A stretch of DNA of 64,000 nucleotides from assembly GCA_030295235.1 (NCBI GenBank), contig AP026128.1:1054001-1118000 (forward strand). Reading direction: 5' to 3'. Positions 45,673 to 57,904 of this stretch are shown piece after piece. This DNA is from Fistulifera solaris (lineage: Eukaryota). The notes beneath the pieces were generated by a model. The model saw only the letters and a list, made by a program, of their open reading frames with translations, was not told where the DNA came from and did not search any database. A program made the translations under genes and the position numbers. Positions within the stretch are counted from its first letter, which is position 1. Each line of letters begins with the position of its first letter.

Positions 45673-48600
45673 TCAGCGCCATATCTTTACTGTACAATCT
45701 CTTGAACAGCTGATTAAGCTGCTTGCTTCTAATATTTTGAGGTCTTGTACCGCATCGGCGTGATAATGTTCTGGCCTTTTTAGCCCTCGGAACAATTTAC
45801 TAGTTGTAGGGTTTAAACCGTTTATACCCAGAGAGAATTGTCGACAAACCATGAGACGCCGGTTTCCTTCGAAGTCAACTCGTTCGTATGAAGGTCGAAC
45901 GTGAGCCGAAGACTGCCCACTTATAACAAAGCATTTTGATGGTACACCAAAGTCCCAAAATCTGATAAATCCATCGCTTCCTCCGGTTAGAAGATAGCTT
46001 TGATCACCGGCCCCAATACTCCCGACCATACAATTGATAGCGCTTGAGCAAGGGAGGGTGTTCGGCCAAGTAATCGAATCCGATGAGCGAATTGCGAAAA
46101 CCCCATTACGCGACCTTAGTTTTATGCGCTCCAAAAATGGCGGCTCATTGAGCTGGCCGTTGTGATCCTCCCCATCGTTCACAGAGATGACGCGGAAGCA
46201 TCCTTTGCATTCATCACTAAGAACATCAAACATACCACATTCATTGGAACCGGCAGCTACAAAAACGAACGGGCGCGCTGAAACTGTGCCCTCAGATGAA
46301 AGACCCTGCTGCTGAGTGAGGATATACGAGGTTGCAAGGCGGCTTATAGCACTTCCGCGGCTGTGGCGCCAGACCTTTACTGGTTGCTGATAGCGGATGT
46401 CCCATAGTGCCACATAGCCTCTGCTGCTTCCTGATACCAGCCAGTTACGGTCGCTTCCGAGAGCAAGTGATGTCAAATTACCAATTTCACCTCCATGATG
46501 CAGAGTGAACGGCTCCCTCGTATCTCGCAAATCCAACGAATGTATAATCCCTTTTTGAGTTGCGTAAGTGACCAACGAAGCCGATGAAGATGAAAAGTGG
46601 GAGACGCACATTACTTCGCCTTCCCGTTTGTCCACCGCCTTGATATTCGTAGCTCCGACAACTCGTGCATCCAACCGTTGGTCCTGCTGATAGTTGTTCG
46701 ACTTCGATGCAGGAATCATGTCAGCGCGCCAAATGTGCAACGAGCCATCACTAGCTCCAGACACAATAGAATGGCTGCCCTCTAGCATGGCAATATCATT
46801 TATCCTAGCTGCATTCTTGTGACCGGCGTAAATAGCGCAGCTCTCAAGAATTCCTGGGGAATCTTCGATTTGTGCGGTTTCCCAAACCCGACACGTACCG
46901 TCGTGGCTTGCGGAAACAAAGAATGTTTGGTCAGCTGATACCGCCAACCGCATGACCGGAGCCTGATGACCAGTCGCTGTAGTACTCGTGGCAACCATTG
47001 CATTCATCTTGGGCTTCCAAACTTTCGCCGCCCCAAAATTCCTCATAGTGCGCTGGCCAAAATCGGCTACTCCACCGAGCTTGGGCGGTAGCGGAGGTAC
47101 CTGCATTGCCTTGAGCTTGGTTACAAGCAAACAGGTATCTAAATTGTCGGGACTTAAAGTTACTTCCGCACCCCAGCAACCTCGAAATGCTGCTTCAACT
47201 AATTCAGATTCTTTTCCGTGTACGTTTGCAATGGTCACCATCTTTGCTTGTTCCTCTGTAGATGCGTCGACTACGCGTTCGGATGTGCCATCCAAAGGAC
47301 CCATGATCGATAGACCAAATACATCACCTAGCGATGATACCGATCGAATGGCTGAATCCGCTGAAACATTACACTGGTTTTCAACAATCTGGTCACGCAA
47401 AGAGACATACCACTCTGGGACGATTCGCTGGTCACGACCGTTCTGTTTTGGAAACATGACATTCTGCGCAAGTTTGACCGAGCCCTCAATCCCCAAAGCA
47501 GATTGATTGTCGGGCATGAAGCGATCTTGTACGTTGAATACTGTTGTGTGCTTCAGAAGCATTCGCATGTATTCTTGAGTCTTCTCTTTCTGAGGGTCTT
47601 TCTTTTCTATTCCAGTAGTGATTGATCTAGTCTCTTCATTTTGCATGTCCATGTCTAGTTTGACGTTATCTGATGAGATTCCCACTGACGTCCACGTCCC
47701 TGGAGTTTGTGGAACATTGCCCGATGTTTGCGTCACCAAATTGAGTTCATTGACGAATCTCTCTCTAGACCATGGGGTATCCAGTCTTAATTCCATACCG
47801 GCGACCGTACATAGAGCCTGAGCCGACGGGGTGAACCGAAAATATCGACCTAAGATCGGGATCACGAAGACATCTGTGTCCTTTGGGCCAAGAATCTCGC
47901 ACATGGCCGAAAATGCTTTTATCGCGTTTGAACGTATTTCTTGGGAGGGATGGAGCAGTAGAACACCATACCTATCCAACAAGCAAGGAAAACTGTTTTG
48001 TGCTTCGTCCTTGAGGGCATCGACACCCAAAATAGTGCCGCGAGTAAGCAAGCCTGCCCTCACAAGGTCGCAGAGGCAACAGAGTGCAGAACATATTACT
48101 CTTTCTTCCGCATCAACTAAACCGATTTCAACACAGGGCAGAACAAATTCTTCCGTAGCAGCACATCCGATTACACAGCACACCGACGGAAGATGGTCGA
48201 AAAGAGCTTGACGTAATTCCCAGTCCTTCTTTTCGTTTAAGAAAGCTAATATTTGAGGTAAGATGAAAGCTGTGACTCCCTCCAGTCCAAAAAAATCGCA
48301 CAAACATCCCAGCTCATGCAACATAGCGCGCTTCGATAGCGATGACTGACTTGACTGGTCCGTTGTTAATTGCACAACCCATCTGGATACCGTTTCTTGT
48401 AAGTGGGAAAGATCAGTAGAATAGGAGTTGGATATTAACGTTCTCCCAGCTGTGGTATCTGATATCATTTCCGTTCCGTCTGCCTCATCGATGAGACTTC
48501 GTTGAGATGAAGTAGGAGGATCATCACATAATAACTGAAGAACTTCATCGTCAAAAACGGCTTCTTGGTTTTGGGAAAGCCGTACAGAGTCTTCGGCAGA

Positions 48601-50446
48601 CTTGGTTCCACTGCTAACAGCTTCATAGAGCCGAACTGCATGACTAATGTCCAGAAAGCGTTGAGCGGTCTCAGCAAGCCGAGGGATGCACTGTGCAAAG
48701 GATACTCTGGCAACAAGTGAAGGATCAGAGATGAGATGTGCAACTCTTTTGAAGATGTACTGCGGGAAAATTTGTGAATCCGAAGGCGGAAATGACTTGA
48801 TCATCGCCAAGGAAGAAGTTAGCACTTGTACCGACAGAGCTCTCACTAAAGCATCTTGATCTTGTAGCAGAGAAATCGCGACGGGTATTATGCGCTGCAG
48901 TCGAGCCTCGTCCGACGAAAATTCCGCCAAACACTTCAGTATCTTTAGAGCCACTAATTTAGAAGCAGGGCGCTGGACGTGCCTGACAGTAGCTGTAATA
49001 ATTTGTAGGTAGATAAGAATGGAGTTTCTGCTTAGATCTGATCTCTCCTCCGAAATAGTAATTTTGCCTGGCGAGAAATTGTCGTCTGACGAGCACTCTA
49101 TGACAGAATCGTCGTTAATTTGTAACTTTTCAAGCTGCTCAAGCGAAGGAGACGAATCATCCCAAACAAAATCATTCAGCAAAGGCTTTGTATGCGCATG
49201 TTGTTTCTGAGAATGACCCCCGCTTTCCGCACGATCTTCTGATGCCGTCAATCTCAGAACTTTATTGAGGTATATATGAGTATGGCTGTCTCGTACACCG
49301 ACCGCTTCCCAAATGATGTCCTCGTACACCTGGGCAGCAATAGCTAGTCGAGCATCAGGGGTACTAGTTTTAGTGGTGATCTTCTCCAGCAACGGATGAA
49401 GTAGTTCAAACGATTTAGGAAAAGGTTCCGAAGCCGCAAGACGATCCAGGTACGCCGCCGCTGAAGAGAGTCTATCATTCGGATTCAAAGCGAGCATGTG
49501 CTTACAAGCAGCGCGTATACCAGGACGTTCAATCTTATTGATTTTTTTGTTGTAAGGTCATGGTCATGGATCCATTGCTTCGGTATTCCATTAAATCACC
49601 GAGTGTAAGACAGGACTCTCCATTCAAAAAAATTTCTGTTAGTACACACCCCACGGAAAATATATCCATTGCCGGAGTTAAAATAAATCCTTTTGTATTC
49701 CGGTCTGCTATTTCCTCTTTTCCGTCTTCAGTGGCAGGGTGTGTCGATTTGGAGCGGAAACGTTCCGGAGCCAGATAACATCGGGTACCCCTTGCGTCAT
49801 CTGTCGGTTGAAAATAGTAAACAAACTCGGAAGGATCATCGTCCGGAAGATTCGTCCCGTTTTTGTAGCTACCGATGTCGGTTAGCATCAGCCATCCCGT
49901 GGCGCTAAGGACACAATTCTCGGTGGTAATGCACCCGTGCACCACTCCTGCATCATGTAAATGCTGCACCGCCTGCAGTAATTGTTGCGCAATCCACAAT
50001 TTCTCGACCGAGTGGAGCCACGGACGACACGTTAGACGATCGGATAACGTGGTGTAAAAATGAGGGCGCAAAAGATAGACTGGAGTCCAAAATCCCCCCG
50101 TTCGACATGGCCTTGACGCTTCATGATGTGACCAGTATGCTACAAACGGTGCAATATACGGCGATCCTTTCAACGATTTCTGTATCCGCTGCAATTCTTC
50201 TTTCTGTTGGATTAAAATGTCATCATTCTCGTTGTTGTTGGTGAGAAGAACCCAGCACGTTTTCAAAACAGCCGTCGATTCCGTATCACGGTGCCGCAGA
50301 CGAAAAGATTTCATGAATCGACCGGAGGTGGGATACAGCGCCTCCTCTATTCGATACTGTTTGAGAATTGAGTGACTAGACAATCGCTCGGAAATCGAGG
50401 GTAATTCATTCTCCGGCAAGGCGGTAGACGATTGTTGCGCACCCAT
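45673..50446 (-). CDS. VPS15: Phosphoinositide 3-kinase regulatory subunit VPS15 (kinase, HEAT and WD40 domains)
   Basis: Myristoylation-type start MGAQQS, LSDRLTCRPWL..VEKLWIA, LPDDDPSEF.YYF, RCYLAPERF, DEARLQRIIP, HEAT region and C-terminal WD40 repeats; extra A near 49545. Confidence 0.92.
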
Positions 50447-50887
50447 AATATGCAGATTAATTCCTCGAGTTTCCTCGCACGCAAGCTCTTTGTAACTCCG
50501 CTATCCGCTGTAAAAACTCTTCTGTAGGTAGCTAGGAGAGTAAGAAGAAGTCGAGGTAAGTTACTGTATACGAAATTTGAAAGCAACCTGGACAGAGATA
50601 CACTTTGCAACTATCGACTACGAACGAATGAATAGAATAAATAGAAGCGGCGGAGCCAAAATGAGGCAAAAAACAACGTCGTGTCTTAAGCGATAGATCA
50701 AGCAGTAACCGTGTGACATCGAACTCATACCGGACCTTTTCCTCGCTTCGTATGTTCGTCGTTCGGACATCTGTTTTGTCGGCTTCATTTTGGTGCCCAA
50801 GAAAAAAACGCACCGCTGTTCTTCATTATTTCCGAATGAATCGGTGATGTGTTACTGCTTAACCCAATGAAGAACATAAACGGAACG

Positions 50888-52009
50888 ATGCGCCATCATT
50901 CAATAAAGAAAACACTCACCTTGAGTCTCATGTGGCTTACACTCTCGCGAGTGCAGGGCTTTGTACCAAGATACTCTCACAGCAAAACAGCTTCCAGTGC
51001 TATAAGGTATGGCCTTGAAGCGGAAGATATCTACGCCGCAATTCACCGTAAAGAGTACGAAATGAAGAAAGTCAATGCACAACACACATCCACCACAGAT
51101 CCTGTGCGAATGGCCATGTCGTACGCTCAAGAGACTGCTTCACCGATGCGTCTCGCGAGGGCGCTGCGGAGAGTTCACGAGGATGTCGACGAAAAAGAAT
51201 CACCCGGATTAGCAGGTATGAGACGAGCTTCTTTTATTGTTGATATAAAACGAAAATCACTTTCTCGGCCTGGGGAAGTCTTTTGTAACTTCGATGACGC
51301 GGGAATGGTCGCTGAAGCGATGGTACGGCTGGGTGCGGACGCAGTGATTGTCAACACGGACTTTGCAGCGTACGGTGGTGACATTACAGAGCTCAAATCG
51401 GCGGTCAAAGCCGTCCGGAAAGTTTCGAAAACAGCGGCTGTCATTATGAAAGATATTGTTGTGGATGAAATTCAGCTGGGTATGGCCAAAGAGGCCGGTG
51501 CCGACGGAATCATCTTACAATCATGTGTGCTGGGCCCGGCTTTGGATTCATTTTTGGATTTAGCTACATTTATGGGACTTGAAACTATCGTAGAGTGCCA
51601 TACACGAGCGGAAGTGGAGCGAGCGCTAGAAGTCAACGTGGCGCCAACGATTTTGATCAACAATCATGATCGCATCACCGGCGAATACTATCCAGACCAA
51701 GGGATTAAACTAGCTGGCCTTTTTCCTGGATCTGGAGGACCTATCATTACGCTTTGCGGAGGAGGTATCGAAACAATAGATGACATGAAGCGACACTTGG
51801 TTGCTGGTTTTGACGGAGTAATCGTCGGGAAAGCTGTCATGGGATCACCATTGGCCCCTGAATTCATTCGCGCAGTTCGAGATCGCACACTCCTACCTGC
51901 AGAAATTGCACACTGGGCTAAGGATGCGGAATTCGATTTGGATGGCAACCTTATGCCAGGTCCAAAATCAAACATTCCGTCCCCCGACGATCCCAGCTCC
52001 TACCAGTGA
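50888..52009 (+). CDS. trpC: Indole-3-glycerol-phosphate synthase-like protein, plastid-targeted, divergent
   Basis: Signal peptide with VQG|FVP; IVDIKRKS, GADA, MKDIVVDEIQL..AKEAGADG, GLETIVECHT, INN and GFDGVIVG of the IGPS TIM barrel. Confidence 0.8.
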   Translation: MRHHSIKKTLTLSLMWLTLSRVQGFVPRYSHSKTASSAIRYGLEAEDIYAAIHRKEYEMKKVNAQHTSTTDPVRMAMSYAQETASPMRLARALRRVHEDVDEKESPGLAGMRRASFIVDIKRKSLSRPGEVFCNFDDAGMVAEAMVRLGADAVIVNTDFAAYGGDITELKSAVKAVRKVSKTAAVIMKDIVVDEIQLGMAKEAGADGIILQSCVLGPALDSFLDLATFMGLETIVECHTRAEVERALEVNVAPTILINNHDRITGEYYPDQGIKLAGLFPGSGGPIITLCGGGIETIDDMKRHLVAGFDGVIVGKAVMGSPLAPEFIRAVRDRTLLPAEIAHWAKDAEFDLDGNLMPGPKSNIPSPDDPSSYQ

Positions 52010-52836
52010 TTTGGCTTCGTCTTTCTTGTTCAGGGAGATCACTGCGGACTTCCGTATCTTCAGTTTCAGCTCTTTAGTTAGATGTTCATACTTGTTAACA
52101 TAGATTCAGTTCTAGTAGACCCATTTGCCCATTTGGTAGCCCTAGTATATTATAACAAAGGAGCCCCCGATGTATAGTTTACCTTGGCTACTGGTCATTC
52201 TCATCACTCGACGAGCCCTCGTCCATTTTTGGAAGCCAGTTGTGGAAGGACAAGGGGAGGAGTGGAGTGATGCATCTTTGTCTTGTTGCAGACGACTCTA
52301 GTCTAGACTTTAGACTCTAGATTATTTTTCTTCTCAACCGGCGACGTCCAGACCACTCCCCTTCAAGAAAGCTTCAAGCACGCCAATTCGAACCGCGGAC
52401 TAAATTCCACACTTTCGACCATACAAATACAGAACCGTTATGAATCTCTTATCTACAACTTACTAAATAATTCGAATATAGATTGTTAAGTATCCCGGAG
52501 TAACACCCGTTTCGGTTTTCAATTGCATAGAGCTGCGTATTGCGTGTTTTTTCGAGCTTATGCATCGTCTCTGCGCTGCACCTCGTCGGTCTTTTTTCAT
52601 GTACTTGTTGAAGGCATTTGACAGGTTGTCATCGAACAAACGAACACTGTCGTAAAGCCTACATCATTAGGAAAGCTTGTGGCTTGAAACGCAGAGCACG
52701 CGCTACTTAGTTGTTTCTTTGAGAAAGTGCAAACGTTTCACCATCATCACAAGCAATCGCACAACAAACGCTACAGTTCATGCAAAGTGAGCGATAACAC
52801 GATAGACTTGATACGTACCTGTGACAGCGTGATTCG

Positions 52837-55801
52837 ATGCCGAACCATAAACAAATACGGCGGAGGGCTATTCCTTGTCATCGCCAGGAAGCACTGAAAC
52901 AGCCGCTGCAGTGCGGTGATGATCAACAAGAATCAACGCTCAACTCAACAACGACTTCTTCGTTGTCTGTCAACATCGATACAATGCCAAGTGGACCTAT
53001 TTCTCTTCTTGTAGATCAGGAGCACGAGAAGGCTGCTGAAGTTTCAATCAAACAAGCTCACCGGCGGCGCGAGATGTCCCCGGATAAAAAATCAAAAACA
53101 AAAGCTAGCAATTCTCCAGGAGCAAGTCCAAAGAGGCCGAAAGAATCAGATAATGACATTGCTGGTCGGTCTTTACCAGAAACGGATAATCTCGCTTCTC
53201 ATGGTTTGATGCTCGGCGTCCCATTGGATGCGGCCATGCGTGAAACAACAACCTACGACCCTGTCGGACATGAGAAAGCAGTGGACACTGGCGCTGTCAG
53301 TTTCGACTCGAGTGCTGATGACCATCCACATAAAGATCTACGGAACAAGCCAGTTGACACACTCGTCCCAAAAACTGTTACTATAAAGAAAGATACGGAG
53401 ATGAAAATCGTATCATCATCAAACGTTGCTAATGACGCAACTGGGTTGGCACTCGTGTCCGGAGACCCGTCTGAATCTGAGCGCAGTGAAACTGAATTTC
53501 ACTGTATTTCCGCGGCACAAGTTACCGAAACGGATCGCGATTCAAACTTCCTAGCTGCAACGACATCAAAGTCGGCTTTCCGGCCGGAAAAAGCGTCGTC
53601 TACATCAGTTACGATTGAGGAAGATTCGGACGAAAAGGCAAACCCCGTTATTGAGAAACGACAGTCTCAGCCATCAGACGATATTTCATTTGCAGAATCA
53701 ATATCTTGCCGCACATGCAATCGATCTAGTTTTACTACTGGAACAGCCGTAAAGAAGGTAAGTCATGACTTGCGATGAGAATGTTCTCGTCGCACCGTCT
53801 TCGGATTCTCTGATATTTTTGTCAAAGCTTTGCGAGAAGCGTGGCTGCTGGGTCACAGGCGAAGTAGCTGATTGTGAGGTATCGATGAATGCAGTTTGCA
53901 GGGTTGAATTTAATGTAGAGGGATCGACGGAGGAGAGTTTTCGCATCCGATCTACACCGAAAGATTTAGATATGCTGGAGAAGATGGTGAAATTAGGCCG
54001 CGTTGGTTCTGGTGCACGAGTCAATATTTTCCGCTCGGAAGAGAATCTTTATTGCCCAGCAACAGTGTTACAAGAGCGTCCACAACATATGAAAGCTTTT
54101 TTCGTTCAATACGACGACGGAGAAAGTGAATGGATAAATCTTTGGTTTCACAAATTTGATGTATTGGCTGACGCCCCTAGCAGAAAGAAAATCAAATCTT
54201 CTTCGAGTCAATCTAAAAGTATTGGGATAAAAGAAGAACGAGAAAATGCTTTGAAGGAATCACAAAGATCACATAACGGAATCGAGTTGGGAGAGTCGAA
54301 AGGGTTAACAGCTGTGCCACTAAAAGATGTGCAAAGTCCCGTAAGTTCAAAACCGATCGAGAAGGTCCCTGAGGATGAAGGGACCGACACTTGCTTAGAA
54401 AATGCGCATGATACGGACGAATTAGTTGACGCAGGAAAGGACGAAGCCACTTCACCTTATGTTGAGCGTAAACATTTAAAAAGGAAGAGAGATATTGATG
54501 ACGCTTCCCTTACGGATGACAAAGAAGTGGCGTCGCTCCAGGAAGACAAAGGCGTCGAGAACCATTTGGCCCGAAAAGCGCGTCGAGGAAAGAAGGCTCC
54601 CAGGGTGCGAAGTAAAGTGTCAGTAGAGGCAAGTAACGCTGTCGACGATGGCGAAGAATCGTCAGTATGCAAGGAGGACAGTTCTGAGGAATCGGGGGTC
54701 GTGATTCGCGATTGTTTGATTTCTACCAACACGGAAAAGAAAAGCGTGATTCAAGTTGATTCAGTTTCGCACGTAGTTAGTTCCGATTTCCCAGAAGAAT
54801 CTGCCACAAAGCTTAGAGCAGAAGTAGAGCGATCAGCCTCACGTGTTTGTGGTACAGACGTTTCGCAAGATGTTTGTCTGGAAGTCGACTCAAAAAAGTC
54901 TCAAAAACATCAGGAAGTGGACAGAGAAGTTACTGTCGGAAATCGAGTTGGTATCTACTGGGAAGGCGACAAAAGGTACTACTACGGAAAAGTAACGAGA
55001 CACGAGAAGGGCAAGAAAAAACCTTTCTTCTTGGAATATGATGACGGCGAAAGTGAATGGGTAGATTTCTCTAAAATCAAATTTCGTTTCGAAAAGAAGA
55101 AAGTAGCCAGAAGGGCAAAGGTTGTTGACGAGTCAACCTTTTTTGAATGCACGAGCAAAGCGCAGCTCGATCAATCAGAAATCGACACCTCTTTGCCCCA
55201 GCCATCAGCCCGAACGACACGTAGGTCATTGAATACCACTGAAATAGACGAAGACGCCGCTCTTGTTAGTGATGGCGTACCAACAACCAGAAAGAAATCG
55301 AAGTTGACAAAAGAAAACGATTCAGGTATCCGAGACGGTGAGTTGGCCGAGATCAAAGTGGGCACAAGGGTTGCTGTGTGGTGGCCAGATGACCGTAGGT
55401 ACTACGAAGGCGTTGTTTCGAAGAAACAGCCAGACGCAAGTTGGAGACCTTTCTATCTCGAATACGACGATGGAGAAGCGGAATGGATTGATTTTCGACA
55501 GCATAAATTCAAAATTCTTCGAGTTGACGACGAGGAGAAAGACGCAGGCCATTCTACAGGCAAGGCATGCTCGGATCCGTCAAAGGTTTGGATCGGAACG
55601 CGTCTGTCAGTTTGGTGGCCGGAAGAAGAAGAATATTTCGATTGCACCGTCACTCGCTACCGTGATCACAAACGGCCGTTTTATTTGGAATATGAAGACG
55701 GAGATCGGGAATGGATCGACCTTGCTGAACATAAATTCTTCATTATTGAAAGTGAAACGTCAAATCAACGTCGAACAGGTAAATGCGATCGTTCTCGTTG
55801 A
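52837..55801 (+). CDS. Multi-Tudor-domain putative chromatin reader
   Basis: An in-frame intron 53758-53827 joins the two ORFs. Four units of VG.RV.(V/I).W..D..YY.G.V...PF.LEYDDGE.EW; the 3' end may include another intron. Confidence 0.8.
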
Positions 55802-56061
55802 AGATGCATGGAAGGCAATTTGGAAGAACGCCAAATGGAGCTTGAGCTCAACGGTGATTCTTCAGCACGCTGGCAAATGTAGTCGTGCCTTTCGAAATTG
55901 GCTAATCAGCTTCCAGAATCATTTCCCGACGAAACGTTACGAAGATAAAGATTATTCAACGCACGCTTAATAAATATATGAACCATACTGTGCGTTTAAG
56001 TCATTTGGCACCGGGACATCAGCACACAAATTGTACTTGCTACCGTGTAATTACTAAAGGG

Positions 56062-56658
56062 TCACGAAGGGAAGCATAAAAAGGAAGCAACCAGTAGAAA
56101 CCAAATGCTTCGGTTGGTTGATTGAGATGTAGGAGTAGCTGGCGAGGACTCGGGAACGTTGCCCCCAGCAGCAGCCGGTGAAACCGACGGTTCGGAGATA
56201 CCTCCAGCAGACGCAGGTGACCGCGATGAATCGGATACTTGTCCATCGGGCGCGGTTGTCGTAGAAGAAGACGGAACCGAAGGAGCTTGCACTGGTGGAC
56301 TTGTTGGCCGATACGGAACGCAGTCTAGTGTAGGAAGGTCTCTCTGCACACATTCGCATTTGCCGAGTTCCGGAATGACACCAACTTCACCGACGACTAA
56401 ACAGTAAAGTTCAGAATTCGTCTTATCTTCATGATAGCAACCACAAATCGTAGTATCCAACGGAATGCCGGACTCGAAATCAGGATAGGATCGCACACAT
56501 TCACACTCTTTGTTGCAAAATTCAGGATTGAGGAAAAACCCTTCACCTACATCAATTTCGTCCCCATCACGTGGATAGAAAAAGCATGAATTCTGAGCGC
56601 CAACAAAGGTACTCAGCACAAGCGCAGACACAGCAATGAAGAGACGATTGACGTTCAT
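56062..56658 (-). CDS. Secreted Cys-rich protein with Ser/Pro/Thr stalk and hydrophobic C-terminus (GPI-anchor-like)
   Basis: Signal peptide, ten Cys including two CECV units, a low-complexity stalk and terminal IWFLLVASFLCF. Confidence 0.75.
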   Translation of the reverse strand: MNVNRLFIAVSALVLSTFVGAQNSCFFYPRDGDEIDVGEGFFLNPEFCNKECECVRSYPDFESGIPLDTTICGCYHEDKTNSELYCLVVGEVGVIPELGKCECVQRDLPTLDCVPYRPTSPPVQAPSVPSSSTTTAPDGQVSDSSRSPASAGGISEPSVSPAAAGGNVPESSPATPTSQSTNRSIWFLLVASFLCFPS

Positions 56659-57020
56659 CCTGTTTGCGAGAGCTTTAGAGGATGAAGAGTGTGACTTATG
56701 AAGGCTTTGATTTTATGTTGTGAGTTTGGAGGGTAATAATGACCGAAAGCAGAATAAGGCGCAAAACTCAGAATTGTTGGCATTTATTTGGCTATCGGCA
56801 TTCGGCATCAAATGTGACCGATACTGTACCGCTACGACTGGAACCTCTAATGATCAATCATGACGTGCTAAAACAAAAGCAAACGAGGTAAATCTAGTGC
56901 CCATGGTATCTAGAATATCTAGACTAGGTCCACCTATTTATTCAATTGTGGAGTTGCATCACTGAGGAAAACTAAGGCCATCCATTTACTAACTCTTAAA
57001 GTGCCAAAATCCTTGAAATC

Positions 57021-57773
57021 TTACCTTTGCTGATTGTTTCGTCGTTGTTGCTCTTCATATATTTCATTGATATCTTTCCCCTCCAAAGCTTTGGCAAGTT
57101 CCTTCATTTCTTCGTCGGTAGGCATTCTCTTCTCATCTTGCATTGGCGTTTCTACAGGAGGTCTCGCTGGAGTACCGTCGTCTTTTCTCCAAGTTCGAAA
57201 GCCCTTTTCACCTGGCTCATACATTTCTCCTTGGAAGCCGACCATAATGTTCGAAATAGACTGGGCTCCTGGTACATCCTTTTCCATTTTCGTGAAGAGC
57301 AAGTCCGGATTGTTGTACGCCACTTCCATTTCTGAGTCGCCCGGTGCGATCCAAATTTCCAGCGCCCCACGACACGGAAACAACTCAATTGGTCGCAAAT
57401 TACCCGCATGCATTTCAATAAGAGGCCACTGACGCGCGACGGCTTGTTCGACCGTCACATCGGTCACTCGTGCGACCTTGCCGGCGAACCAAAACGTTTC
57501 AGACTTCGGTTCACGGACGTAGACATCGTTCGTCAGTTCTTTCCCCGCTGCTTCTCGGATCGCCAAAAAGTGTTCATGTTGACGCTGGCAATTTCGAGGA
57601 ATGTATTTCATATCCGGTCGTACCGGAGTCTCTTCATTTTCCTCGGCAAGGATGGCGTCCCAGTCTTTGCGACTGCTGAACGTTCTGCTCGAGCGTCGCA
57701 AGAATGCTGGGCCTGGTAGAAAACTTGTGACCGGCACTGCTAAGCACAACAATGAGAAAAACAGGAAATGCAT
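57021..57773 (-). CDS. Plastid-targeted conserved hypothetical protein
   Basis: Signal peptide with VTS|FLP; DVYVR....FWFAGKVAR, LEIWIAPGDSE and VGFQGEMY. Confidence 0.75.
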   Translation of the reverse strand: MHFLFFSLLCLAVPVTSFLPGPAFLRRSSRTFSSRKDWDAILAEENEETPVRPDMKYIPRNCQRQHEHFLAIREAAGKELTNDVYVREPKSETFWFAGKVARVTDVTVEQAVARQWPLIEMHAGNLRPIELFPCRGALEIWIAPGDSEMEVAYNNPDLLFTKMEKDVPGAQSISNIMVGFQGEMYEPGEKGFRTWRKDDGTPARPPVETPMQDEKRMPTDEEMKELAKALEGKDINEIYEEQQRRNNQQR

Positions 57774-57904
57774 TTTGGAAGCAATTGGACGTGTTAAAAT
57801 GCTTGTTGGTAATTATTACTCCTATAAAGTAAGTTCGCACAAGATTGACGCGTACAGTACCTGGTCGTTCATACTTTGTACATAGCATTAACAGCCATTC
57901 CCTG

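Noticed and set aside
53758..53827. Frameshift between the 52837 and 53765 ORFs
   Set aside because: Explained by a GT-AG intron that restores the frame exactly.
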